Assembly: GCA_041665625.1 (NCBI GenBank)
Contig: JBAYIK010000004.1
Location: 26,503 to 90,502, forward strand
Direction of reading: 5' to 3'
From: Minisyncoccota bacterium
Lineage (GTDB): Bacteria; Patescibacteriota; Minisyncoccia; Phycocordibacterales; XYD1-FULL-46-19
DNA: 64,000 nucleotides
Shown: positions 37,270 to 45,001 of the stretch, piece by piece
How positions within the stretch are numbered: position 1 is the stretch's first letter
Layout: each line of letters begins with the position of its first letter
Notes under the pieces: generated by a model
What the model was told of the DNA's origin: nothing
Seen by the model: the letters and a program-made list of their open reading frames with translations, nothing else
The model's database searches: none
Program-made: the position numbers and the translations under genes

Positions 37270-37640
37270 TCAAAAACTTGCGATTGATTGCCCTACCTGA
37301 CGAGCAACCTGGCGTCCCTTGGGTGTCCCGCACTCTCCCGGACCCATGTTCTGGGAAGGAGTCCTTTCGGAGGAAACGTGCAACCATCTCTTTGTTTGTT
37401 ACGGGTTGTTGTGCTGCCGTATCAGAGGAGATTGGCTGTCCAGTCAGAGAGGGTGCTAGCAGCCCTCGTGGACAAGACGGCGGGGTTAAGGAATTAGCCA
37501 TTCACTTTATTATCGACAGCTTTTGTGGCATATCGACGCGGGTGACTTACCGTGACCTCACGTGCTATGGGGATCGCCTACTCCCTGCACCGATTTATTT
37601 TCCAAAACTGAAAGACAAATCGGTGCAGGCAATCGCTTTA
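37270..37640 (-). ncRNA. Putative structured RNA, unit B
   Basis: No credible ORF; GAUUGCC/GGCAAUC closing pairing; motifs shared with 38240-38690. Confidence 0.5.
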
Positions 37641-37654
37641 ATTTAAAGAACAAT

Positions 37655-37705
37655 CCGTTTTCGTCATTTCTGACTCATCAGTCGAGACACACATCTCGAG
37701 AACGA
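37655..37705 (-). ncRNA. Type III hammerhead ribozyme HHR2 (predicted cleavage after C at 37700)
   Basis: UCGUU-C-UCGAGA-UGUGUG-UCUCGA-CUGAUGA-GUCA-GAAA-UGAC-GAAA-ACGG; stem II covaries relative to HHR1. Confidence 0.92.
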
Positions 37706-37741
37706 CGCCAATTTTATCCAGATTGGCAAACTGGGCCACGG

Positions 37742-38134
37742 TTACCCGGTGCCGAACACTCGAACACTAATGCGCTCGCGTTCGGTCTCTGTTCCGTGGG
37801 CCACCCCAAGCAGGAAGACCTGCGTGAGAAGGCGTTCGAGGGCTGCACCAGCGCTTTCATCGTCAGCACTGGCGGTGCGGGCAACGGCGGCGACCAAGTC
37901 TTCGCCGGGGTTGTAATCCCTTTCCACTTTGCCGAACGCCGGCTCGTGGCACAGGATAACTTCCCCGTCGGTTTCCTTGGCGTACTCTTCACGGCTTACA
38001 CCGATCAAGTACAGGCCAACCTTGCTGTCGACCTGGGACGCAAGAACGTACAACATATCTCCCCCTTTCTTGGTGGTTTGTTGTGTCTGGCTTGCCCGAT
38101 TCATCGGCACGTCATTGTTCGGCAACATCCCCAT
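37742..38134 (-). CDS. Orphan protein in ribozyme unit A (alternative start 38056)
   Basis: G-rich SD-like sequences before both ATG 38134 and ATG 38056; boxA-like motif upstream. Confidence 0.6.
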   Translation of the reverse strand: MGMLPNNDVPMNRASQTQQTTKKGGDMLYVLASQVDSKVGLYLIGVSREEYAKETDGEVILCHEPAFGKVERDYNPGEDLVAAVARTASADDESAGAALERLLTQVFLLGVAHGTETERERISVRVFGTG

Positions 38135-38239
38135 GACCTATCCCCCCCCTCTTTGTTTGTAAAGATCAAACTCCTCAGGAAACACGAGACTATCTCACAT
38201 TCCCATTAAGAGGGCCGAGTCAGGAGGACTCGGCCGAGA

Positions 38240-38690
38240 TGAGAACCAACCATTATTTTTCTTCTGGGTTGGCCAGACTTTGTCGACAGTGTAGGCTATT
38301 CTCTTTTTACCTACCGTCCCAGGAGAGTCCTTGCCGAAGGGATAATGCATGGCCAACTCGTCGCCCTCTGATTTTTATTTCTCCCGATTATTAAATCAGA
38401 TGGGTTGTGCAGTGAGAGGTATCTCTCGGGCTCGTCAGACCCATTCAGCCCTCCTTGACGGAGAAGGGTTGTCCTTCCTGTTGGGTGCTCCCAACATTTT
38501 GGAAGTTAGAGTTTGGGGACTTACCGACACAGAGCGGATCGTGGCCTTTTGGCGACGATAAAACCGCTGGCGGACTTACTCCCTCCACCGGGTAGACCTC
38601 AGCCTACCCCAGAGTAGGTTGCTCGGGTACCTGCACGCACCTGCAACGATTTATTTTTGATGTTAATCAAACGCAAATCGTTGCAGGCGC
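38240..38690 (-). ncRNA. Putative structured RNA, unit A
   Basis: No credible ORF; many hairpins; motifs UGAGGUC, GUAAGUC, AAGGACUC shared with unit B. Confidence 0.5.
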
Positions 38691-38704
38691 AAATTCAAGG
38701 ATCA

Positions 38705-38757
38705 AACTGTTTCGTCCTTCCGGACTCATCAGGGAGAGAAGATACCCTCCGACAGTT
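38705..38757 (-). ncRNA. Type III hammerhead ribozyme HHR3 (predicted cleavage after GUC at 38751)
   Basis: AACUGU-C-GGAGGG-UAUCUU-CUCUCC-CUGAUGA-GUCC-GGAA-GGAC-GAAA-CAGUU. Confidence 0.92.
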
Positions 38758-38786
38758 ACCGGAAGGGGTTGAACCTTCCGGCTGGA

Positions 38787-38936
38787 CTACCTCGCGCTCC
38801 CTACTGGGTTGACGAGAATCCGTTTTTCGAACACCTGTTGGGATGGGTCAACAGAACCCTTGGGCCGGCCAGCCCAGGTAAATCCGGCCTTGCGCAACAT
38901 TTGGGTTGCGACTTTCTCCGCTTCCTTCTGGCTCAT
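38787..38936 (-). CDS. 49-aa small protein (MSQKEAEKVATQMLRKAGFTWAGRPKGSVDPSQQVFEKRILVNPVGSAR)
   Basis: AAGGAG SD, first ORF after the promoter, ends just before HHR3; below ORF-track cutoff. Confidence 0.55.
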   Translation of the reverse strand: MSQKEAEKVATQMLRKAGFTWAGRPKGSVDPSQQVFEKRILVNPVGSAR

Positions 38937-39070
38937 GGATAATTCTCCTTTGGGCTGTGCCCGGTTTGGAATCCATTCCCTTCTGAGCCGCCAGACTGTA
39001 TTACTTGCTGGCTAGCTCGGAAGGAAACAGATTCACTTACCTTTCCCCTCTTTCAAGGTATCTGCTAGGC

Positions 39071-39098
39071 ATTATACTCAGAATCAGAAGTTTGTCAA
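39071..39098 (-). promoter_or_regulatory. sigma70 promoter for the ribozyme array
   Basis: Minus strand TTGACA-16 nt-TATAAT. Confidence 0.75.
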
Positions 39099-39370
39099 GT
39101 GCTTTTGACATAAAAACAAAAGTCATCACTTCGTACCCACAAAATATGGCTATAAATAAGAATATTTAGACATCATGATTTTGATAAAGTATAATGACAT
39201 TACTTAAAAACAAGTTTGTCAAAACAATTTTTATTTAAATTTTGTTTAAAATTTTTGACGCATGTCTTTTCTAAAAATATTTGAGAAGAACACAAAACTC
39301 TTATTTTTCAACAAATCTTTGCCAAAATAACAAAAATATGGCCTAAAATAAGCCATTTTGTTGAAACTAC

Positions 39371-39398
39371 TTGACAAACTCTTGCGGTCTGCTATACT
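39371..39398 (+). promoter_or_regulatory. Divergent sigma70 promoter (extended -10)
   Basis: TTGACA-16 nt-TATACT with TGn; boxA-like TGTTCTTTTGAC at 39408-39419. Confidence 0.7.
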
Positions 39399-39404
39399 TA
39401 CACC

Positions 39405-39770
39405 GTATGTTCTTTTGACTTTATCGTTCCCAACCAGAAGGAGGGTTTGCCATGACTGACTAGGTCGGCGCTTGAGCGTCGCCAGCTAGCCCTATCATGG
39501 CGGCTAGCTGGCGATGTTCTAGGCCCAAAGCTAGTCAAAACCTGAATTCCTGGGGCGTAACGTAAAGTGAGTCTGGAGAGTGTTTTTGCCCAAACCAAAG
39601 GAGGATCCTGAAATGGGCGACTAGGGCCGGACAGAGACCATGATTGGTCGAGATTGATCGAGGGTAACCTGGGGATACATTCCCCACGCTGCCAATTGGT
39701 AGCAGAAGAGCAAGCAAAAGGGGCCTAGCGCAGTCGTTACGACGACAAGCGGAGGCCCCAATCTTTTTTC
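39405..39770 (+). ncRNA. Putative structured RNA with two minigenes
   Basis: Promoter upstream, multiple perfect hairpins, long-range pairings, only 3-codon ORFs after strong SDs. Confidence 0.5.
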
Positions 39771-39775
39771 TCAAA

Positions 39776-40522
39776 TTATTTCTTTAGTTTATCAAAAGCT
39801 AAGCTAAAAAGGCTTCTCATCGTGTCAGCAAAGTCTTTGTTTGTTATAGAGATTGCCCCAATCTTCTTCCCCAGGATATTTATTTTTACTTTATTCTTGT
39901 AAATGGCAATGTCACAACTTAGGGGATATTTATCTTGTTCGATTTTTATTCTTTCACTTGTATTGTCACTTGGGCGGCTAGTTTTTTCTGAGGTATATAA
40001 GACTTTATTTTTTACATTTTTACCTAATCTTATTTCCCTTAGCTGGGTTAATTCTTTTTCTGTAAATGTTTCGTCAATGAGGTCTTTGGGATAAATTAAA
40101 TAAGAAATCCCCTCTTTGTCTTCAGAACTAAAGAAGTCCTGCATTGAGCTTATTATTCCTTCTCTTCCTTCAAAGTATTTTACTACCGGTCTCTCCCCGC
40201 TCTCGCGTTGGATGCTCTTGAGTTGAGGGATAATGTCAGTTAGACGTTTGGAATTCTCTTCTAAGACAACCTTCTGGCGCTCGATAAAAGATTCTAATCT
40301 CTCTGGCGGCTCGGCTTGGTAATGAGTTTTTTTATCGACTTGAATTTCACTCACTAAGCCCTTCTTGGCCAGTGTTTCTAACACTGGGTAAATGGTCGTG
40401 CGGTTTACCTTTGTTTTGTTGGCTAATTCAACGACTGAGGCGCTGTCATATTGCAAGAGAGCCACATAAACTTCGGCTTCTTTATTTGATAATCCAATTT
40501 GCTCTAAGTATTTTTCAAACAT
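39776..40522 (-). CDS. TrmB family transcriptional regulator
   Basis: L..IGLS.KEA.VY.ALL......V.ELA....V.RTT.Y..L..L..KGLV; P.VKYFEG.EG. Confidence 0.9.
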   Translation of the reverse strand: MFEKYLEQIGLSNKEAEVYVALLQYDSASVVELANKTKVNRTTIYPVLETLAKKGLVSEIQVDKKTHYQAEPPERLESFIERQKVVLEENSKRLTDIIPQLKSIQRESGERPVVKYFEGREGIISSMQDFFSSEDKEGISYLIYPKDLIDETFTEKELTQLREIRLGKNVKNKVLYTSEKTSRPSDNTSERIKIEQDKYPLSCDIAIYKNKVKINILGKKIGAISITNKDFADTMRSLFSLAFDKLKK

Positions 40523-40642
40523 AGTTAGATTATATCACATCTGTCAATTTGTTTTAACAAACTTTTCCTTGCCAGACCCCAAGAGGTCCCGAGGTCCGGC
40601 GGATGTCGCAAAATATTTTGGGAATCTGATATAATTATATCG

Positions 40643-41623
40643 ATGGCCGATTTAAATAGACTTAAACAAGAATTCTTGGAGTATCTCGAGATTGAGAAGG
40701 GGCGCTCGCTTAAGACGGTAGAGAATTATGATCGCTATTTGATAAGATTTTTTACTCAATCTGAGGCCAAATCCCCTTCTGACATAACTGATGACGCTGT
40801 TCGGCAATATCGTTTATGGCTTAATCGGCAATCTTCTTTTAACCATACTTCTTCTAACAAAGACGGCCGAATTTCTCGTGCCGGGAGCAAGAATAGCAAT
40901 GATAATCTCAAGAAGAACACTCAGAACTATCACTTAATTGCTCTTAGGGTTTTTCTTAAATACCTTGCTCGTCGCTCTGTCCCCTCTTTGCCCCCAGAGA
41001 AGATAGAGCTCGCCAAGACGGCTGGTCGTGATCTCGACTTGATTACTGACATTGAACTCAAGAGGCTAATAGATATGCCCAATAAGGAGAAAATTGGCAC
41101 GGGCAAGAATGATCAGGTAAAAATATTGCGGGATAAGGCGATGCTTGAACTCTTTTTTTCTACTGGTTTGCGTGTCTCAGAACTTTGTTCTCTTGACCGC
41201 GATACTATAAATTTAGCCCGTGACGAGTTCTCTATCAGGGGTAAAGGAGAGAAAGTTCGTTTAGTCTTCCTCTCCGACAAAGCCCGTGATGCGATCAAAG
41301 AGTATTTAGCTAAGCGCAAAGATATGGATGAGGCTTTGTTTACAAGTCTGTCCGAAATTAATAAAACCAAGGGAAGTGACAGGCTCACTTCGAGGAGTGT
41401 CGAGAGAATAATTAAGAAATACGCTATTAAGGCGGGTATTACCAAGAAGGTAACTCCCCACACTCTTCGTCACTCCTTTGCCACTGATCTCTTGCAGAAT
41501 GGGGCAGATATTCGCTCTGTCCAGATGATGTTGGGGCACTCAAGCGTCTCGACGACCCAGATCTATACTCACGTGACAGATAAACATCTTAGAGATATAC
41601 ATAAGAAATTTCATACTAATTAG
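40643..41623 (+). CDS. XerC/XerD-type tyrosine recombinase
   Basis: RD.A.LEL...TGLRVSEL, GKG.K.R, TPHTLRHSFAT.LL..GADIR.VQ.MLGH...STTQIY. Confidence 0.93.
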   Translation: MADLNRLKQEFLEYLEIEKGRSLKTVENYDRYLIRFFTQSEAKSPSDITDDAVRQYRLWLNRQSSFNHTSSNKDGRISRAGSKNSNDNLKKNTQNYHLIALRVFLKYLARRSVPSLPPEKIELAKTAGRDLDLITDIELKRLIDMPNKEKIGTGKNDQVKILRDKAMLELFFSTGLRVSELCSLDRDTINLARDEFSIRGKGEKVRLVFLSDKARDAIKEYLAKRKDMDEALFTSLSEINKTKGSDRLTSRSVERIIKKYAIKAGITKKVTPHTLRHSFATDLLQNGADIRSVQMMLGHSSVSTTQIYTHVTDKHLRDIHKKFHTN

Positions 41624-42037
41624 TTATGGCCATAAAATAAAATAGGTTATCCACAGTTTTATGTCCTTTAGTCCTTGTTGCTATTGTCCGATAGTTTTAT
41701 ACTTATATCGGACGTGATTTGTTCATTGATAGGTTCAGTCCCCTCTTCTCCTTTTTATCGGTCATCCTCTTAAGGATTTGGCCCGTTAAGTTATTTTGAG
41801 AAGTGGTGTCAAGTAGAGTTTCTCGGCACAAAGTAAAGGCGTTTTAGTTTGGAGGTGCAAACTCACTTTTAGATTAGGTTAATGGTTGGGACTGTGAAGT
41901 TCCCAATGTGCAAGTTCTCCAGAGTCTTCATAAAACCTGGAATCATCTGTGGTGTAGAAATAATCTTGCCGCATAACTCATTATTTTAAGGCCGCTGACC
42001 CCGCGAGGGGCAGTGGTTCTTAGTTTGTCTAATGAAT

Positions 42038-43522
42038 TTATTTAACGCGGTACTTAGCTCTAATTTTCTTAAGCTCTTCTTGCTCTACTTCTTCTTTTTT
42101 ATCCTTTCCTTTCTCGGCGAGCTCTTTTAGCTCAATTTCAGACAATTTTACCAGTTCTTTAACCCGTTTCACGAGAAACTCTTCATTGTTTATGTCGGGG
42201 TTTTCTAGGGCTTCTTCTAATAAAGCGTTCAAAATATAGCCAATTTTAGGTCCCGGCGTTTCATGTGTAACAGCCATAACCTGTTTCCCATCAATCTTAA
42301 GCATCCCGACAGAGGTTGGAGCTCGGAGAGCCTCTTCAATCATAGACTCATATTTTCTCAGTCTATAAGGTTCTTCTTTGGGGCGGCCCATTCCAATACG
42401 GTCACAAATACGGAGATTCATGAGATCCCAGATATGTTCTGGTCCAACATTGACGATGACTCGCCTAACGGCCGAGAGGGTTATTTTATCGGGGTCAGCA
42501 AAGAACATGTGGTTTCTCACCATATTTACCACCAGATCGGCCAATTTGTTGGGAAATTTGAGCCTAGCCATAATGGTTATGACCATTCTCTCCCCTACCA
42601 CCTCATGCCCGTAGAATGTGTACTCCTTACCCTTGAGGCCTTTGCGCCTTGTTTTAGGTTTGCCAATATCGTGGAACAGGGCGGCCAGTTTCACATGTAA
42701 CGGGTAGCCCTTATCAGCGGCATGCTGTAAGGCTCTTATTGTATGGTCCCAAACGTCATAAATATGCTCCCCTTTCTGCTCTACTCCAATCCCCGCCTCT
42801 ATTTCTGGCAAGATGTGATGAAGTAGTCCTACTTGATGGCAAATGGTCAGGCCGGCCATCGGTTCTGGAGAATCAATAACCTTCACCAATTCATCTCTAA
42901 TCCTCTCCGCTGAGATTTCTTTAATAAGGGCATTATTCTTCGAAATGCTGTCCAAAAGCTCCTTGTTACATGTGAAACGGAGCTCGGAGGCCAGCCTAAT
43001 GGCCCGGAGCATGCGTAGGGCGTCCTCAGAGAAGCGAATGTCGGCTTCCCCTACCGTTCGTATGAGATGAGCATCTATGTCCTTTATACCGCCATATAGG
43101 TCAATTAACTCCCCTGCCTCTGGGTCATAGGCCAGAGCATTGATAGTGAAGTCACGGCGAGAAAGGTCGTCTTCAAGTTTGTCGCTAAACTTTACTTCGT
43201 CGGGGTGACGTCGGTCAGAATAATTGGCTTCTGTGCGGAAAGGGGTGATCTCGACATTCCTGAGCTTCTCATTCTCTGTATCTTCGTTTACAACCGTAAC
43301 TGTACCAAACTTGTTCTCGTAGATGGTTTTGGTAAATAAGGGGATAATCTCTTCAGGTTTGGCGTTGGTTGTGATATCCCAATCCTTTGGCTCTCGGCCA
43401 ATGAGGCTGTCTCTCACGCATCCCCCGACTAAATATGCCAAGAAACCCTTATTTTGTAAGGTTTTGGTGATTTCGAGGATTTCACGTGGAACATTCAATT
43501 GTATCTTGACGGCATTAGTCAT
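42038..43522 (-). CDS. cca: CCA tRNA nucleotidyltransferase with HD domain
   Basis: VGGCVRD.L....PKDWD, RRDFTINA, EDALRMLRA.R, HDIGK; tRNA genes in the window lack encoded CCA. Confidence 0.9.
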   Translation of the reverse strand: MTNAVKIQLNVPREILEITKTLQNKGFLAYLVGGCVRDSLIGREPKDWDITTNAKPEEIIPLFTKTIYENKFGTVTVVNEDTENEKLRNVEITPFRTEANYSDRRHPDEVKFSDKLEDDLSRRDFTINALAYDPEAGELIDLYGGIKDIDAHLIRTVGEADIRFSEDALRMLRAIRLASELRFTCNKELLDSISKNNALIKEISAERIRDELVKVIDSPEPMAGLTICHQVGLLHHILPEIEAGIGVEQKGEHIYDVWDHTIRALQHAADKGYPLHVKLAALFHDIGKPKTRRKGLKGKEYTFYGHEVVGERMVITIMARLKFPNKLADLVVNMVRNHMFFADPDKITLSAVRRVIVNVGPEHIWDLMNLRICDRIGMGRPKEEPYRLRKYESMIEEALRAPTSVGMLKIDGKQVMAVTHETPGPKIGYILNALLEEALENPDINNEEFLVKRVKELVKLSEIELKELAEKGKDKKEEVEQEELKKIRAKYRVK

Positions 43523-43585
43523 AGTGTTATTTTAGCTTAATTTTGCTAAATACTCAAAAAATAGGTAGAATTACTAAGTTCTTTT

Positions 43586-43657
43586 GCCCCGATAGTTCAA
43601 TGGATAGAACGACGGTCTTCGGAACCGTTGATGTGGGTTCGACTCCTGCTCGGGGCA
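43586..43657 (+). tRNA. tRNA-Arg(UCG)
   Basis: Cloverleaf; anticodon arm ACGGT-CTTCGGA-ACCGT; GTTCGA T-loop. Confidence 0.92.
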
Positions 43658-43668
43658 CTAATCTTTGA

Positions 43669-43750
43669 GAGCATGTGGCGGAATTGGTATACGCGTACGC
43701 TTCAGAAGCGTATGGAGTGATCCTTGGGAGTTCGAGTCTCCCCATGCTCA
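43669..43750 (+). tRNA. tRNA-Leu(CAG)
   Basis: Acceptor GAGCATG/CATGCTC; TACGC-TTCAGAA-GCGTA; long variable arm. Confidence 0.93.
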
Positions 43751-43848
43751 CCTTCTGTGATTTGAACTTTTTGTATTTTTTTGTTATTATTCAAAAGCTA
43801 GTTAGAGGTGCTGCGAGCCACGTTAGAGGCTCTCAAGTCTCTAACGTG

Positions 43849-43919
43849 GCGAGTATGGTTTAGTGGTAGAACACGTCCTTGCCAAGGATGAGACGGGAGT
43901 CCGATTCTCCCTACTCGCA
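43849..43919 (+). tRNA. tRNA-Gly(GCC)
   Basis: Acceptor GCGAGTA/TACTCGC; CGTCC-TTGCCAA-GGATG; atypical T-loop TCCGATT. Confidence 0.88.
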
Positions 43920-44076
43920 CCCACGCCAATATTCTCATCGTCGCGAATGAATTCGCGACAGCTTTGCTGTAATGAGAATATTGGCGTGGGTGCTCGCACC
44001 CCTACCTATCCCCATCTCGACGAATATATTCATGACCTCTTTGCTGTAATGAGAATATTGGCGTGGGCGCTCGCAC
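43917..44076. repeat. Inverted and tandem repeats at tRNA-Gly 3' end
   Basis: 22-bp inverted arms GCACCCACGCCAATATTCTCAT; 38-bp direct repeat at 43962-43999 and 44039-44076 (1 mismatch). Confidence 0.8.
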
Positions 44077-44303
44077 TTACGTATAGAACTTTCTTAAGAT
44101 TTTGCCTAAAACCCTACAAACTGTGGATAAGTCCGGGGTATAAGTGGATAAAAGACATCCCATAGACTAAGAGATATTCTTATAGAAAACAGGGCAAAAA
44201 GCAAGAATATCCTTATTTTACAACATATTTTAGCCAAAAGTCGTCTTTAAAAGTAGTTTTTTATAGAACTGACCAATAGTGTTTCTTAAGAAACAGGTTC
44301 CAC

Positions 44304-44732
44304 ATGGCACAGGTACCTAAAAATAAGACCCAAAAGCAGATTACGGGGCAAATAGGGGAGGATGAAGCGGCAAAATACCTTAAAAACAAGGGTTTTTCTG
44401 TCCTTGACCGTAATTATCGCAAACCTTGGGGCGAATTGGACATTGTTGCCAAGAAAGGGGAGTGGCTCTATTTTATGGAAGTCAAAACTGTGACCCGGGC
44501 GACCTCCGAGGCTAGCCCCCAAATTCCCCGAGGACTAGCCTCGGGAGACTCTTATGAGCCCGAAGACAATATCCACCCGTGGAAAATCAAGCGCTTATCT
44601 CGCGCTATCAATACTTATCTCTTAGAGAAAAAGATTGATGATGAGACCGACTGGCAAGTCGATTCTATTGCTGTTTACCTCAATAATAGGGGAGAGCTCC
44701 TCAAAATTGAACATTTGGAGGATATTTTCTGA
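44304..44732 (+). CDS. yraN: YraN family (UPF0102) endonuclease-like protein
   Basis: G..GED.A..YL...G..VL.RNYR..WGELDIVA.......F.EVKT. Confidence 0.9.
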   Translation: MAQVPKNKTQKQITGQIGEDEAAKYLKNKGFSVLDRNYRKPWGELDIVAKKGEWLYFMEVKTVTRATSEASPQIPRGLASGDSYEPEDNIHPWKIKRLSRAINTYLLEKKIDDETDWQVDSIAVYLNNRGELLKIEHLEDIF

Positions 44733-44867
44733 CTTTGGAGAAGTCAGCCCTGCTAAGCCTTGGCGAAGCGGGGGATTATATGCTAAGATATGACGGTAAC
44801 CTTAATCGCCTACGCGAAAACTCAGCGGGCTTTGCCACGCCGTAGATTCGCTCCGGCGAATCGAAGG

Positions 44868-44939
44868 CGGGGTGTAGTGCAACGGCTAGCACGAGTCCTT
44901 TGGGAGGATTTAATCCGAGTTCGAATCTCGGCACCCCGA
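44868..44939 (+). tRNA. tRNA-Pro(UGG)
   Basis: CGGGGTG/CACCCCG acceptor; AGTCC-TTTGGGA-GGATT. Confidence 0.92.
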
Positions 44940-45001
44940 CAAAAACAAAAAAGCGAGAATTTTTCTCGCTTTTTTGTTTGGTACCGAGATTCGAACTGAA
45001 C

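Noticed and set aside
37562-38209. 215-aa plus-strand ORF and other short overlapping ORFs in 36-39.8 kb
   Set aside because: Antisense to the ribozymes and SD-led minus-strand ORFs; no initiation signals.
38432-38439. Extra CUGANGA motifs (also ~37298 and ~32735) as further hammerheads
   Set aside because: No stem II-GAAA-stem III arrangement follows them; the 32735 copy lies inside rpsO.
38636-38640. GUGCG as the 5' end of a group II intron
   Set aside because: No domain V hairpin or RT ORF seen, and the motif is absent from the paralogous unit.
36637-38757. Repeats read as a CRISPR array or as an integrated Obelisk/viroid
   Set aside because: Spacing is ~1 kb with no cas genes, so not CRISPR. 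The units are branched rather than rod-like by eye and I recognise no Oblin motif in the ORFs, so only an analogy is claimed.
39452-39624. UAG readthrough or alternative genetic code explaining the minigenes
   Set aside because: Readthrough of the first soon meets TGA, and normal genes in the window end in TAG and TGA, consistent with code 11.
40643-41623. Tyrosine recombinase as the integrase of the 33-39.8 kb accessory region
   Set aside because: It looks like the housekeeping XerC/D type, with no integron-integrase insertion, and I found no att repeats flanking the region.
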